Source: a virus. Taken from it: a stretch of DNA of 64,000 bases. Positions 18,029 through 27,550 of the stretch are shown here, in pieces. Each line of letters opens with the position of its first letter. Positions within the stretch are counted from its first letter, which is position 1. The stretch is from IMG/VR virus record IMGVR_UViG_3300048573_000442; one strand, given 5' to 3'. The translations under genes and the position numbers were made by a program. Below the pieces are notes generated by a model. The model was not told the DNA's origin and made no database searches. It saw only the letters and a list, made by a program, of their open reading frames with translations.

Positions 18029-18928
18029 TTATTCCTCACGCGATTTGATTTCAATGACAACAGCTTTAAACAATTCTATCGGTACAAGGAAAGCCTTCCC
18101 AGAAAACCAGCACTCCCTACTCTCCGGCAGCTTATCCCCATAATTCGCAACTGACAGATTGAGCGAATCAGGCGTGAATACTGCATCAGCTATCGCCTGA
18201 GTTAGGTTGCTGTGATTCTGTGTGATAAACTCACGAATGTACGTAACGCTTACATTCGGGAAAGTGCGGACAAACGCATCTATTACATCGTCAATAGGGG
18301 CTTTAGCAATAGTCTCTTGAAATTGATGCAAACTGACAACGCTTTCGTATCTATTGGCCAAAGGCAAAGTATGTGTTCCTACTCTATTCACAAACACAAA
18401 AAGTTTGTCACTAAGGTAATCTAACGGCACTTCGCGGCCGAAGAAGTTAACATCGCAATTTAGGAAATCGCGCTTATCACAAAATGTAATTAACGAACTT
18501 GAATTTTTCCCAACCGGGACCACCACTGAAACCGCTCCGTACGAACTAGCAGATGATAGAGAAGTAGAGCAGATGAGAGATTTTGAACGATCTGGAATTC
18601 CTGCCTGATTTAACGGCCCTGAAATTGCCATCATCAATTGATACACGTTGTCAGTATCTTTCGACGTTCTTATGCCAGTAGATGAATCAATATACGATAG
18701 TTTCGGCGCTCTTGGGCTGCTGAGGTCCCTTGAGCTTTTTGAACTCCCTCGATATAAAATGCCGCCATTTTTTAATGCTGATAAGAATCCTGGGCAATGC
18801 TTAAGCAAAGCGTCAGTTGCACTCACGATATCCTTTTCATTGAAGTGTTCAGACTTATTCAATAAGGTCCTTTTTCTCCATGCCTTCACTACGGCTTCAT
18901 TCAGTGCAAGTATTTCTGCCAATTTCAT
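18029..18928 (-). CDS. putative ART-like paralog
   Basis: MKLAEILALNE; LYRGS, LICSTS..ASSYG, RECWF. Confidence 0.55.
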   Translation of the reverse strand: MKLAEILALNEAVVKAWRKRTLLNKSEHFNEKDIVSATDALLKHCPGFLSALKNGGILYRGSSKSSRDLSSPRAPKLSYIDSSTGIRTSKDTDNVYQLMMAISGPLNQAGIPDRSKSLICSTSLSSASSYGAVSVVVPVGKNSSSLITFCDKRDFLNCDVNFFGREVPLDYLSDKLFVFVNRVGTHTLPLANRYESVVSLHQFQETIAKAPIDDVIDAFVRTFPNVSVTYIREFITQNHSNLTQAIADAVFTPDSLNLSVANYGDKLPESRECWFSGKAFLVPIELFKAVVIEIKSREE

Positions 18929-18931
18929 AAT

Positions 18932-19378
18932 TCAATCCAGCTGTTTAATGTTGCCGTCTACTGTTATCATGCGTAATATTTCTTCACGGTTTGCAACGAG
19001 AATATTGTTAGTAGTTTTCCCGCCATTGGCATATGGAACAAAACTTTGATTTGCACGCTTTCTATCAGTCTTTGCTTTTGATCTGCTATTTACAGCGCTG
19101 AGTGCAATGTTGAGATAATTTGCAGCTACCTCGGCATTTCGAGCAGCATATCTTGGCTCAATGACTTCTAAATAATCCTGCTGGGTTTTAAATGCATCTA
19201 GCGCCGCAGTATAAATTTCATCAATTCTTTGCTCTATAAGAACATCATCGGCATCTTTGTGATCCACTGGCGGCTCTGTTGCAGAAAGTTCCTGCTTGGG
19301 CTGTTCAACCATGCCATATTCTTCTTCAATGTCAAACTCTTCACTCATGTTAAATGCTTGTTCCAATGGATTTCTCAT
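18932..19378 (-). CDS. possible terminase small subunit (gp16-like)
   Basis: 148 aa, helical; R.AEVAA.. segment and C-terminal TTNNILV..REEILRM resemble T4-like gp16 tails. Confidence 0.45.
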   Translation of the reverse strand: MRNPLEQAFNMSEEFDIEEEYGMVEQPKQELSATEPPVDHKDADDVLIEQRIDEIYTAALDAFKTQQDYLEVIEPRYAARNAEVAANYLNIALSAVNSRSKAKTDRKRANQSFVPYANGGKTTNNILVANREEILRMITVDGNIKQLD

Positions 19379-19857
19379 TTTCGTGTTCCTTTAGTTCCTC
19401 TAGACTTAATAGCACCTTTAGTTTGTCTCGTAGACGGCCGTTTTTGTGCTTGTGCAAACAATTCGCGTTCAGTGACCAGCCTAAATCGAGCGCCAATGGC
19501 TTTTGCAAGATTTTCTGCAGCTTGCCACTTCGCAGCGTTTCTGATGAGCATAAGCTTATCGTAATTTGATTTAGCTTCTGACATCATTGCTTCTTTTAAT
19601 GGCTTAATCTCAACAATTTCTAAAGTGTTGTTAGTATACTGGACTAAAAAGTCTGGCCAATAATGTTTGACTTGCTTAGTAATTGGGTCCAAATATGTTA
19701 TATTTAGATTTTTCGGTTCACTGAACCATTTAGACACATGAATAGAATTATCTAGTGCCCGCATATAAGCTATTTCCCAACTAGAGCGGGCAACAATTCG
19801 CCTTGCATCCCCTGCATATTTCTTTGGGTTAGTTGGAACAAAAACGAGATTTGCCAT
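19375..19857 (-). CDS. gp4: head completion nuclease gp4-like (TnsA N-terminal fold), paralog 2
   Basis: PKKY.G, RSSWE, Y.DP..K..HYWPDF, EIKP. Confidence 0.8.
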   Translation of the reverse strand: MANLVFVPTNPKKYAGDARRIVARSSWEIAYMRALDNSIHVSKWFSEPKNLNITYLDPITKQVKHYWPDFLVQYTNNTLEIVEIKPLKEAMMSEAKSNYDKLMLIRNAAKWQAAENLAKAIGARFRLVTERELFAQAQKRPSTRQTKGAIKSRGTKGTRK

Positions 19858-19859
19858 AA

Positions 19860-20300
19860 TTATTTCTTAGCCTTTTTAACGCCTTGGTGGAAAATGCTTT
19901 TTTCGGTAAGCACGCGAAATTTCATTCCTCGCTCTTGGCAATAAATTGCTGCGCTCTTCCATTTAGCTTCATTGACAACCAATGCATCCTTTGATCTCTG
20001 GCTTTTAGCAAATTGTTTGTCAGATTCATGAAGTGGTTTAACTTCTACCAATTCTTTAATTAGATTTCCGTCTTTGTCCATGTATTCGACAAAGAAATCC
20101 GGAAAATAGCGGTGCACTTTACTATCGAGTGGACTCAAATAAGGGATAACTATTTCTTCTGAACCCCATTTTAAGACATCTGGGCGACTGTCAAAATACT
20201 TCATGCATGCAACTTCCCAAGAAGAACGGGCAAAAATAGCATTTGGATCCCCAACGTATTTGGTGGGGTTTTTAGGTATGAAACGAGCGTTAAGCGCCAT
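19860..20300 (-). CDS. gp4: head completion nuclease gp4-like, paralog 1
   Basis: PKNPTKYVGD, RSSWE, WGSEEI.IPY.SPLD.KVHRYFPDF, EVKP, NEAKW. Confidence 0.9.
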   Translation of the reverse strand: MALNARFIPKNPTKYVGDPNAIFARSSWEVACMKYFDSRPDVLKWGSEEIVIPYLSPLDSKVHRYFPDFFVEYMDKDGNLIKELVEVKPLHESDKQFAKSQRSKDALVVNEAKWKSAAIYCQERGMKFRVLTEKSIFHQGVKKAKK

Positions 20301-21582
20301 TGTCGTACGGCACTGAAAGGTCTGTTACTGGGGCAGCATTGTCAGTAATAGCGGGTTTAGTAGGAAGCGCAAAACCCTGTACTACGCCAGTACCAATAGA
20401 ATTAATCGTCCTATTTGCTGCAGCGCCTAATGAACCCGAAACCGAACCTATTGCCCCATTTAAAGCGCGACCGACTGCATTATTCCCGACTACCTTTCGT
20501 AATGCTCCACTAATAGCGCTCTGAACTGCTCGTTCGCCTTGGCGTGCAAGAATGTCAACAAATGGGTTGCGCTCATTTCCTGGAGAAGTTTTTGCGCCCC
20601 TAACAATATACGCTGAACCTTCGTTATATCCGGACAATATGTCTATGATCATTGGCGCTGAAGGGGATCTATGTTGTCTTGCAGTGCTAGAATCCTTAGC
20701 AGCAGAAAGGCCTGTTTCTATATAAAGCGTATCGAAATCAAAGGTCCCAGTAATCAAATTGAAATTGGTGTCCTCATGATCATGATCGCCAAGTGATAAT
20801 TTGGAAATCCGCGGATTCGTAAAAACAAAGTCGTTTACTTTTACTGGGTCATGTGAACCCATCTCCATGTAATATTGATGGATTATGATTTTTGCAAGAA
20901 CGTTATTGTTCCCGCCATACAGCGCGCCTCTGTTTGATGAGTCGAGTTCATTAGGGGAATTACTAAATGAAAAACCATAGTCTCCTAAATTTGTTGAAGC
21001 CTCATGTTCCCTTCTAGATATTGGCACATGCAGCATGCGATAAAGATTTGCAAAATCCAGCGATTTGTTAGAAACGTCATCATAGAAAGTAAATGAAATT
21101 TCATCATGTGTTATGCTTTTTAGAACCTTAGTTCTAAAATTATACATATTAACCATTTCATAATCAAACGATACCGACGGAAGATCTATCTGCTTAACAG
21201 AATAATCTAACCCGCGCATTAACTCATCAACAGTTTTGCCACCAAGCGTCGATGCATATTCGGCAATGCCCGAATTGAAAATAAATGAAACTTTAAAAAG
21301 GAACTTTGTTCTTGGAATATTTGATGCAGTTGAATTCCTGCCAGTCGAGACATTTTGGGCTGCGTATCTAGTAGAATCCCAAACAAGGGGGGTTATTTGG
21401 GCAATTGCGTCAGCAGCTGAAACTGCATCGCTATCGCCTGTTAATTCGGTTGCGCCAGTAGATTTAAAAATCCCAGAAAGCGCGCGATCGGCAACACCTT
21501 GGACTGCAGCTCCAAACTGTTTAAAGGCTTCTGCTTCTAAAGCAACACCCGTAGATTTGATAATGTTTTTCACATCGCGCAT
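20290..21582 (-). CDS. tail-tube-fold baseplate/tube initiator (gp54/gp48-like)
   Basis: IDLPSVSFDYE..NMYN...ISFTFYDD tube-type pattern; adjacent to tube gene. Confidence 0.55.
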   Translation of the reverse strand: MRDVKNIIKSTGVALEAEAFKQFGAAVQGVADRALSGIFKSTGATELTGDSDAVSAADAIAQITPLVWDSTRYAAQNVSTGRNSTASNIPRTKFLFKVSFIFNSGIAEYASTLGGKTVDELMRGLDYSVKQIDLPSVSFDYEMVNMYNFRTKVLKSITHDEISFTFYDDVSNKSLDFANLYRMLHVPISRREHEASTNLGDYGFSFSNSPNELDSSNRGALYGGNNNVLAKIIIHQYYMEMGSHDPVKVNDFVFTNPRISKLSLGDHDHEDTNFNLITGTFDFDTLYIETGLSAAKDSSTARQHRSPSAPMIIDILSGYNEGSAYIVRGAKTSPGNERNPFVDILARQGERAVQSAISGALRKVVGNNAVGRALNGAIGSVSGSLGAAANRTINSIGTGVVQGFALPTKPAITDNAAPVTDLSVPYDNGA

Positions 21583-21607
21583 AATAATTCCTAAGACTAA
21601 TAAGAAG

Positions 21608-21615
21608 TATTTATG
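21608..21615 (-). promoter_or_regulatory. late promoter (CATAAATA)
   Basis: NATAAATA 26 nt upstream of 21582. Confidence 0.6.
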
Positions 21616-21653
21616 GCAGACGTAACAATTTGGGCATCCTAACCGGAAATGAA

Positions 21654-21681
21654 TAAAGGCTACTTTAAAAGTAGCCTTTAT
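21654..21681. terminator. hairpin terminator after tail tube gene
   Basis: taaaggctactt-taa-aagtagccttta inverted repeat. Confidence 0.6.
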
Positions 21682-21719
21682 CTTTAACTGATAACGAGTT
21701 GAACCCGTTATCTTACAGC

Positions 21720-22310
21720 TTAAAGATTACCGCCCAATGCAGTACCATAGCCAGCACCAAGCAGTTCTTGACGTGCATGGTCATAACGAAGTTGCAAACT
21801 AATTGTTGCAGCAGTTGAATCAGAGTAATCCATATCGCCATAATCAACCGATGCGATAAAGCAGCCTTCAAGTTTCCAACGCTCAACTACGCCTTCGCCA
21901 CCGTCTAGGGCCTCAAGGATAGTTCCGAATTTGTAATCAGAACCCGTAGCAGCTTGAGCTAGCCACTCGCCAGGAAGATCTCCGCCGATCAAACGCTGTT
22001 GAGTTTCCAGCTGACCCTGAATGGCACCTGAAGCCAAACCGGTAATATCGTCTTCAACCGTTAATGAAATCGGTTCGAAAGTGTGCTTTCCAGCAACATA
22101 GGCAGTGGAGTTATAGCGGTGCATCGTCACTTGTTCAAATGACAGGTTCGGACGCTGAACGTTAGTTGCCTGACGAGTAAGTTCGCGTGAAGATGCGCCG
22201 GGTACCAAACGCGCTAAGCCCACAAAGGTTACTTGCCAGCGGTGCTTTAGCTTAGGGTGAAGTATGCCGGAACCAGCGGCAGGAATACCAATTTGTGATA
22301 ATGTCGACAT
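21720..22310 (-). CDS. gp19: tail tube protein
   Basis: RWQVTF, RPNLSFE, YVAGKHTFEPISLTVEDD, W.LEGCF, LRYD; close to sheath; own late promoter at 22369-22376. Confidence 0.85.
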   Translation of the reverse strand: MSTLSQIGIPAAGSGILHPKLKHRWQVTFVGLARLVPGASSRELTRQATNVQRPNLSFEQVTMHRYNSTAYVAGKHTFEPISLTVEDDITGLASGAIQGQLETQQRLIGGDLPGEWLAQAATGSDYKFGTILEALDGGEGVVERWKLEGCFIASVDYGDMDYSDSTAATISLQLRYDHARQELLGAGYGTALGGNL

Positions 22311-22403
22311 TTTTTCTCCTTGAATAAGTAATGCAATCGCCCGAGTGGCAAATGTTTAAATCATTGCCTATTTATGGGAACAATCAAAAAACACACAAAC
22401 CTC

Positions 22404-23216
22404 TTAATTTAGGCTATCTAAGAATGAACTATACGCTGTTGTAACAGGAACTCCTGACTTTGCAATCAAGTGAAACGGGACTAAAATATATCCATCAGAA
22501 TCATAGAAGAATATTTCGTTGCGCGACGTAATTGCTTCGGCAAAGCTTTCGTTGTTCTTATAATAATCTAGAGCAAACAGCTTTATCGCCTTAATAAGAT
22601 CAGCGTGCTTTAGCTTTAAAATATTTCTATCTGAGCATTTACGAGCAGCTGCTTCTGTATGTTGTTCGGCATTTCCGTCGAGATTGTGAACCCAAACAGC
22701 TGATGAAACACTTCCTATAATCGTGAAAAGATTTTCAAAGAACTCGATTAGTTCAAAAGCCGTAATAGGGAATTTACTACGCGGCAACAAATCCCTAATA
22801 CTTTCGGCAAAAAACTCAAGGCCTCCGTCTTCGCCAACATAAGAATCTTGTAGTTTTTTAGACCATGCCCACTGAAAATTTCCACATGGGAAGCAAAATG
22901 CTAAATGTTTTGCGTACTTAGAGGCCTCTGTCAAGGAACCGACTGCAAAAAAGGATCGTTGGCGAATATCAGGTATGCCATATGCAGCGTCAATTGCGGC
23001 GTTGAATGCGAAACTGAATTCTTGGCTTGAATCTCTTGGCGGACGGTATTTGGGATGCGGAATTATTAAAGCTTTTTCAACAGGCCTACTTACAGATCTG
23101 AACAATGCTTTGCCATCAGACAGCGCTAAAAATGGTTGACAGTGTTGCTTAATCAGCTCTGAGGCGTTTTTAAGTAGGTCGTCCTGCTCTGTCAAAAATT
23201 GCCTAAACTGGGTCAT
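22404..23216 (-). CDS. putative ART-like paralog (divergent)
   Basis: MTQFRQFLTE; LFRS, IRQRSFFAVGS..EASKY, NEIFF. Confidence 0.45.
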   Translation of the reverse strand: MTQFRQFLTEQDDLLKNASELIKQHCQPFLALSDGKALFRSVSRPVEKALIIPHPKYRPPRDSSQEFSFAFNAAIDAAYGIPDIRQRSFFAVGSLTEASKYAKHLAFCFPCGNFQWAWSKKLQDSYVGEDGGLEFFAESIRDLLPRSKFPITAFELIEFFENLFTIIGSVSSAVWVHNLDGNAEQHTEAAARKCSDRNILKLKHADLIKAIKLFALDYYKNNESFAEAITSRNEIFFYDSDGYILVPFHLIAKSGVPVTTAYSSFLDSLN

Positions 23217-23566
23217 TTTAAATTTTCGATTTTATAACGGGCTTTAAAAGCTGTTGCAATAACTGCATCCCACTCATTTTGAATAAACGAATCTTGTGGG
23301 ATTTCGGTTTTTGCTGTTTCTGCCCATTCAGTAAAGTTTTTAATAAAAGCTTCTGCGTCGTTAGTAGGAAAACCATTTGAATCGGGAGTCGTATCCTGCA
23401 TGACCCCATATTTTCCCTGGTACATCTCTGCTAAGCCATCGATAAGTTCTATTAGCGCATCGTAAAAATCATTAAGGGCCACGTGAACCGCAAATGATTT
23501 CGTTTTAAGGTGCAGAGCGTGAGAAATATCTCTAGCTGCAAAAAGATTGGCAATGATTTTGTCCAT
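23213..23566 (-). CDS. ferritin-like four-helix protein (DUF5856-like)
   Basis: SH.LHL.T.SFA.H.AL..FYD.L..L.D..AE.YQG.YG; late promoter at 23591-23598. Confidence 0.7.
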   Translation of the reverse strand: MDKIIANLFAARDISHALHLKTKSFAVHVALNDFYDALIELIDGLAEMYQGKYGVMQDTTPDSNGFPTNDAEAFIKNFTEWAETAKTEIPQDSFIQNEWDAVIATAFKARYKIENLK

Positions 23567-23647
23567 GTTTTTCCTGTTAGCAACACAACATATTTATCCA
23601 CTTAAAGGGAAGGTTCTTTTAGAACCTTCCCTGTCCAGCGAAACTTG

Positions 23648-25486
23648 TTAAGAAATTTCTGCGCCAGTTGACAATACTCGCAGTGGGATGTGCACGAATT
23701 CTGCAACCTTCGTTGGCTTAATTGCAACCTCAAGATACAGTTCATTATTGTCAATTCTGAACGGGGTGTTATTTGACTCATCACAGAGGGTGGCGAAGTC
23801 ATATAAGCCGCGTTTAGTCAACACATCATTTAGCAAGCCATCGGCCATGGACTTAATGTTGTCGCGAGTCACCTTATCATTTGGTTCAAACACGAACGGG
23901 AATGAACCTTTACGAAGCTGACGTCTAAGGAACATAACCAGTCTAATCACGTTGACGCGATCAAGGGCTGAAGTAACAGGCGATGAAGTTTTCTGCCCCC
24001 ATACCAAAAGGCCGCGACCTGGGAATTGAACAATCGGGTTGATGTTTCTAAATGATTCATACAAGCCATCACGCTGACCAATGTTGAGGTTGGCTTCCAC
24101 GAAAGTAGTTGCTGAACCCAGGGTTCCAGAAACGTAACCGACTTGAGAAACTCCAGTCACGCGACCGCGGTTTACGCCAGCAGGAGCAAACCAGATGTAT
24201 GATTGATTGTCACTATAGGCATAAGTGCGAAGAGCGATACCTGATGGGGCAACGCACACATTGCGGCCGTCCAAGTTGCTTGCCAAGCCCCAAGGGTAGT
24301 AATAAGCGGCGTTCTGTGACTGAACCCGTGCAGATGTCAGTGACCAAGTTGGAACTTGCTCTGGGGTTTTATCGACCGGGGTATCTGCGATAACCATTGC
24401 TTCTTCTAAAACGTCATTGCTAAGAGCCACGAGTTCGTCGACTACTTCATGATAACCAGGGCACAGGATCAAATTGTATTCGTAAATTTCGGAACGAACT
24501 TCTGTGTTGCTGTTGATTTCTGCCTGCAGAGCGGTCACAATTGAAGCGCGGCGAGCTGCATCATTGGCGCCAAGCGGATTAAAGATGCTTACGCTAGCCA
24601 AGTTGACAGTAAACACGTCGCCTGCAACGAATGGGACTGTACCTGCAACAGCCGTAAAGTTCAGTTCGCTTGCGGTGAAAGGAACGTTTAGGGTGCCAGT
24701 GCCAATTGAACCAGACACAGAACCGGCGACATCAAATATTGATGCGCTTGTAAACGTTACAGTGATGGTCTCTGCAGTAGAATCCTGAGTTGTTGCAATG
24801 TCAATTAGTTCACCATTACCAACACCAGCAAATGCAGCTTGATATAACAGTTCAAATTGGAAATAATCGCCCGCGACAAACGGTGTGGTCCCTGCGTTAA
24901 CAGTGAAGCTGACGATAGATGAGCTAAAAGCTGCGCCTACGGTACCTGCACCGAGCGTTCCAGAGTCTGAACCGATAACAGTAAACTGTGTTGCGCTTGA
25001 CATCACTACTGAAATTGTTTCTGGGCGAACCATTTGTGAAGGGGCTGCAATAGCTGCAATAGTCCCGTTGCCAGTACCTACTCTGGTTACATCGCCAGAA
25101 ACTGGGGTCCCAGCGGAAATAAATGTGGTGGTTTCGTCGCTTAGGTCAATATTAGCACGTACAACATATGCACGATTGCCAACTCCAAGGAATTGATTAA
25201 GGGCAAAAAGACCGTATTCATTTCGAGCATCACCGTGATACTCATTTCCAGAAACATCGTTTCTGAATGCTGGTACGCCATACAATTGAATACTTTGGCC
25301 AAGTGAAGTAACGGTCCTTACTGTGCTGTGCTCGTAGGTTGCTCCCGCTGGTGTAACACCGTTGGGCTGCATCTTGTTTTTACGAGTTGCAATAAAGAAA
25401 AGTGGAACCGTCGGTGCACTTGAAGGGATATAAAACGATTCGTCTATTAGCGTAACTGAAACGCCTGGGCTGATTAATGATGCCAT
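23648..25486 (-). CDS. gp18: tail sheath protein
   Basis: SPGVSV, WFAPAGVNRG, INPIV.FPGRG..VWGQKT, DRVNV.RL, FVFEPND; promoter at 25541-25548. Confidence 0.95.
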   Translation of the reverse strand: MASLISPGVSVTLIDESFYIPSSAPTVPLFFIATRKNKMQPNGVTPAGATYEHSTVRTVTSLGQSIQLYGVPAFRNDVSGNEYHGDARNEYGLFALNQFLGVGNRAYVVRANIDLSDETTTFISAGTPVSGDVTRVGTGNGTIAAIAAPSQMVRPETISVVMSSATQFTVIGSDSGTLGAGTVGAAFSSSIVSFTVNAGTTPFVAGDYFQFELLYQAAFAGVGNGELIDIATTQDSTAETITVTFTSASIFDVAGSVSGSIGTGTLNVPFTASELNFTAVAGTVPFVAGDVFTVNLASVSIFNPLGANDAARRASIVTALQAEINSNTEVRSEIYEYNLILCPGYHEVVDELVALSNDVLEEAMVIADTPVDKTPEQVPTWSLTSARVQSQNAAYYYPWGLASNLDGRNVCVAPSGIALRTYAYSDNQSYIWFAPAGVNRGRVTGVSQVGYVSGTLGSATTFVEANLNIGQRDGLYESFRNINPIVQFPGRGLLVWGQKTSSPVTSALDRVNVIRLVMFLRRQLRKGSFPFVFEPNDKVTRDNIKSMADGLLNDVLTKRGLYDFATLCDESNNTPFRIDNNELYLEVAIKPTKVAEFVHIPLRVLSTGAEIS

Positions 25487-25662
25487 GATTTGCCTCTCCT
25501 ATAAATGTTCTAAGCAAAAAGAATTGTCTTTCGATACGAATATTTATGAAGTTGCAGATTTTGGGGCGAAATTCGAACCTTTTTTCAAAAACTGTGCAAC
25601 ATTGAATAAGAAACTCAGTTAAAGATAAATAGGCAATCCACGTTACTAAAAGGATTCCAACC

Positions 25663-26289
25663 ATGAAAATGACACTTCTAGCTTCCTTCATCACTGAAGC
25701 CCGTGATAAAGATTTAAAATACACTGAAAAAGTGGTCAAGAATAAAATTGACCGCGTTACAGTTGAACTCCACGGCCACCATTCTGGTGCGATGTCTGCG
25801 TTAACCAATCGTTACGACCGCTTAGATCGTGCTATTAAAGAGATGACGATTCGCCGTAATGAAATGAACGAAAAAATCAAAGATAAAGTTACTGATCTTT
25901 TTGACGCCGAGGATATTGTTTTGACGCGTGTTGTTGAAACGGTATCATTCACTTTGACCTTATCAAAATTGGTTAAGGCTGCAGAACAGAAAGACAAGGT
26001 CGTAGTGGATTACGAATCCATCGCAAAAGAACTGGCCAAGCTAATTCCAGATGAATTACAGAAAGCTGTTCAAGAAATTACAGATCGATATACAGAGGTT
26101 TCGCTAGCTGCCGATAAATCTCCGGCTTTAAGAGTAAAGAACAAGAACGATGACAAGTTGACCGAAGACGTTTTGAGTTCCCTGAAGCGCTACATGGAAA
26201 GCATCCATAAATGGGTGTCAAGCATGGTAAAATGGGGTAATAAGTACGACAAGAAGCTTGATAAACTTAAAGAAAAAATAAAAGCATAA
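25663..26289 (+). CDS. hypothetical coiled-coil protein with capsid-targeting-like leader
   Basis: MKMTLLASFITEA; GATAAATA at 25624-25631 and AAGGA SD. Confidence 0.75.
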   Translation: MKMTLLASFITEARDKDLKYTEKVVKNKIDRVTVELHGHHSGAMSALTNRYDRLDRAIKEMTIRRNEMNEKIKDKVTDLFDAEDIVLTRVVETVSFTLTLSKLVKAAEQKDKVVVDYESIAKELAKLIPDELQKAVQEITDRYTEVSLAADKSPALRVKNKNDDKLTEDVLSSLKRYMESIHKWVSSMVKWGNKYDKKLDKLKEKIKA

Positions 26290-26313
26290 GAAAAGGGGCC
26301 TAGGCCCCTTTTT
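26290..26313. terminator. bidirectional terminator
   Basis: Perfect palindrome aaaaggggcctaggcccctttt between convergent genes. Confidence 0.85.
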
Positions 26314-26323
26314 CAATTTTTGA

Positions 26324-27073
26324 CTAGCGCCTATCGACAGTTATTGTCCCATACGAGCTTCCTGGTTCAAATGGGACCATTTGTCCATTTTCGTCAAATT
26401 CGTTGACTTGGAACCCGTCTAAGTTACCTATTTGCACAAAAATCTTCCTAACCATTTCATCCTTAATGTCTATTGGAACTGAAATATAGAACGGAATGAC
26501 GAATTGCAAAGACCAAACAATAATACGCCTATCGCCACCTGGTGGAAAATTCTCTTCATTATTAATTCCGACTAATTCAACCGATGCAATTTTAGTCCAA
26601 TCGAAGGCCGCATCTGATGTCTGTATCTGTAGCGTAGGATCAAATAGCATAAGCAGCTGCTCGAGAATTTGATGCATCTGATTTGAATTGGATGCGTAGA
26701 TAGACAGATCCACATTCATGATATACGGGATTGGCATAACCCTTACTACAGTTTTTAAATCATTTGGAAAAACTCCACCAGCTGGCAAATAAACCCTGCG
26801 GTCTACGACTCCTGTCCCCTTTTTATTAGGCGACAAATTCAGTCCCGTCATATTTGCAGACATGATAGGTAACGAAAACGGCTTATTTTGTGTATTGCCT
26901 GCCTGTAACGCAGCGACTACGCGATCTCTGCTACCTACAGTGATAGGAACTCCTAAAAATTCCTGATCCCCGCATTCATTTCTACCAGTAGAAACTGTAA
27001 GACCTGCAAAAATGTTGCAGAATTGGAGAAGAGCAGCTTTCATTTGCCCTTCATAAAAGTGCTGATTAATCAT
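26324..27073 (-). CDS. gp15: tail terminator/sheath stabilizer
   Basis: HFY...LQFCNIF, VPITVG.RDR, LP.MS, PIPY...L.IY, QILEQLL..FDP; synteny gp13-gp14-gp15-gp18. Confidence 0.8.
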   Translation of the reverse strand: MINQHFYEGQMKAALLQFCNIFAGLTVSTGRNECGDQEFLGVPITVGSRDRVVAALQAGNTQNKPFSLPIMSANMTGLNLSPNKKGTGVVDRRVYLPAGGVFPNDLKTVVRVMPIPYIMNVDLSIYASNSNQMHQILEQLLMLFDPTLQIQTSDAAFDWTKIASVELVGINNEENFPPGGDRRIIVWSLQFVIPFYISVPIDIKDEMVRKIFVQIGNLDGFQVNEFDENGQMVPFEPGSSYGTITVDRR

Positions 27074-27088
27074 GATTTCCTATTTAGT

Positions 27089-27550
27089 CTATGTGTTTAC
27101 AATTTCGCCGTCCACGTTCCCGATTCCGTCAAGCGTTTTCAGCATCGGATTGTTAAAGCACCAAAAATCTCTACCAACTTCTCTAGGTGAACCTTTTAAA
27201 GATGTCAATTGGTTTTCAGAGCACTTAAAGCTCCCACCGACTTCTCTTGGGGCACCTTGTAAAGAGATCAATTTGTTGGCATGGCACCAAAACCCTCCGC
27301 TTACTTCTCTCGGCGCACCTTGTAAAGATGCCAATTGGTTGCCAGAGCAATCAAAATATTTTGTTACTTTGCCAAATTGAACAGGGATTACAGTTAAAGA
27401 CTTCCCATATAAATCTACTCCGCCATCCACATCAACAGTCAAGTCATCATTGATTGCGTAGTTCGTTATTTTATATTTATTTAGGATCGATTCAACTTCT
27501 TCTTTAGAAGAAGGAAATCTGGTATTTTCAAACAGCTGTTTTAACTTCAT
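27089..27550 (-). CDS. LRR-like repeat protein 9 (4 repeats)
   Basis: MKLKQLFE leader, same caps and 21-aa repeat as the array. Confidence 0.9.
   Translation of the reverse strand: MKLKQLFENTRFPSSKEEVESILNKYKITNYAINDDLTVDVDGGVDLYGKSLTVIPVQFGKVTKYFDCSGNQLASLQGAPREVSGGFWCHANKLISLQGAPREVGGSFKCSENQLTSLKGSPREVGRDFWCFNNPMLKTLDGIGNVDGEIVNT

Noticed and set aside
14536-18060. Longer ORF-track starts (15231, 15889, 17299, 18060)
   Set aside because: Downstream Met codons give the shared leader and/or proper stop/start coupling, so the shorter starts were adopted
23602-25808. ORFs overlapping the sheath gene (23602..23802, 23688..23921, 24109..24393, 24504..24788, 24885..25196, 25380..25808)
   Set aside because: Alternative-frame or antisense ORFs within a conserved gene, with no coding features
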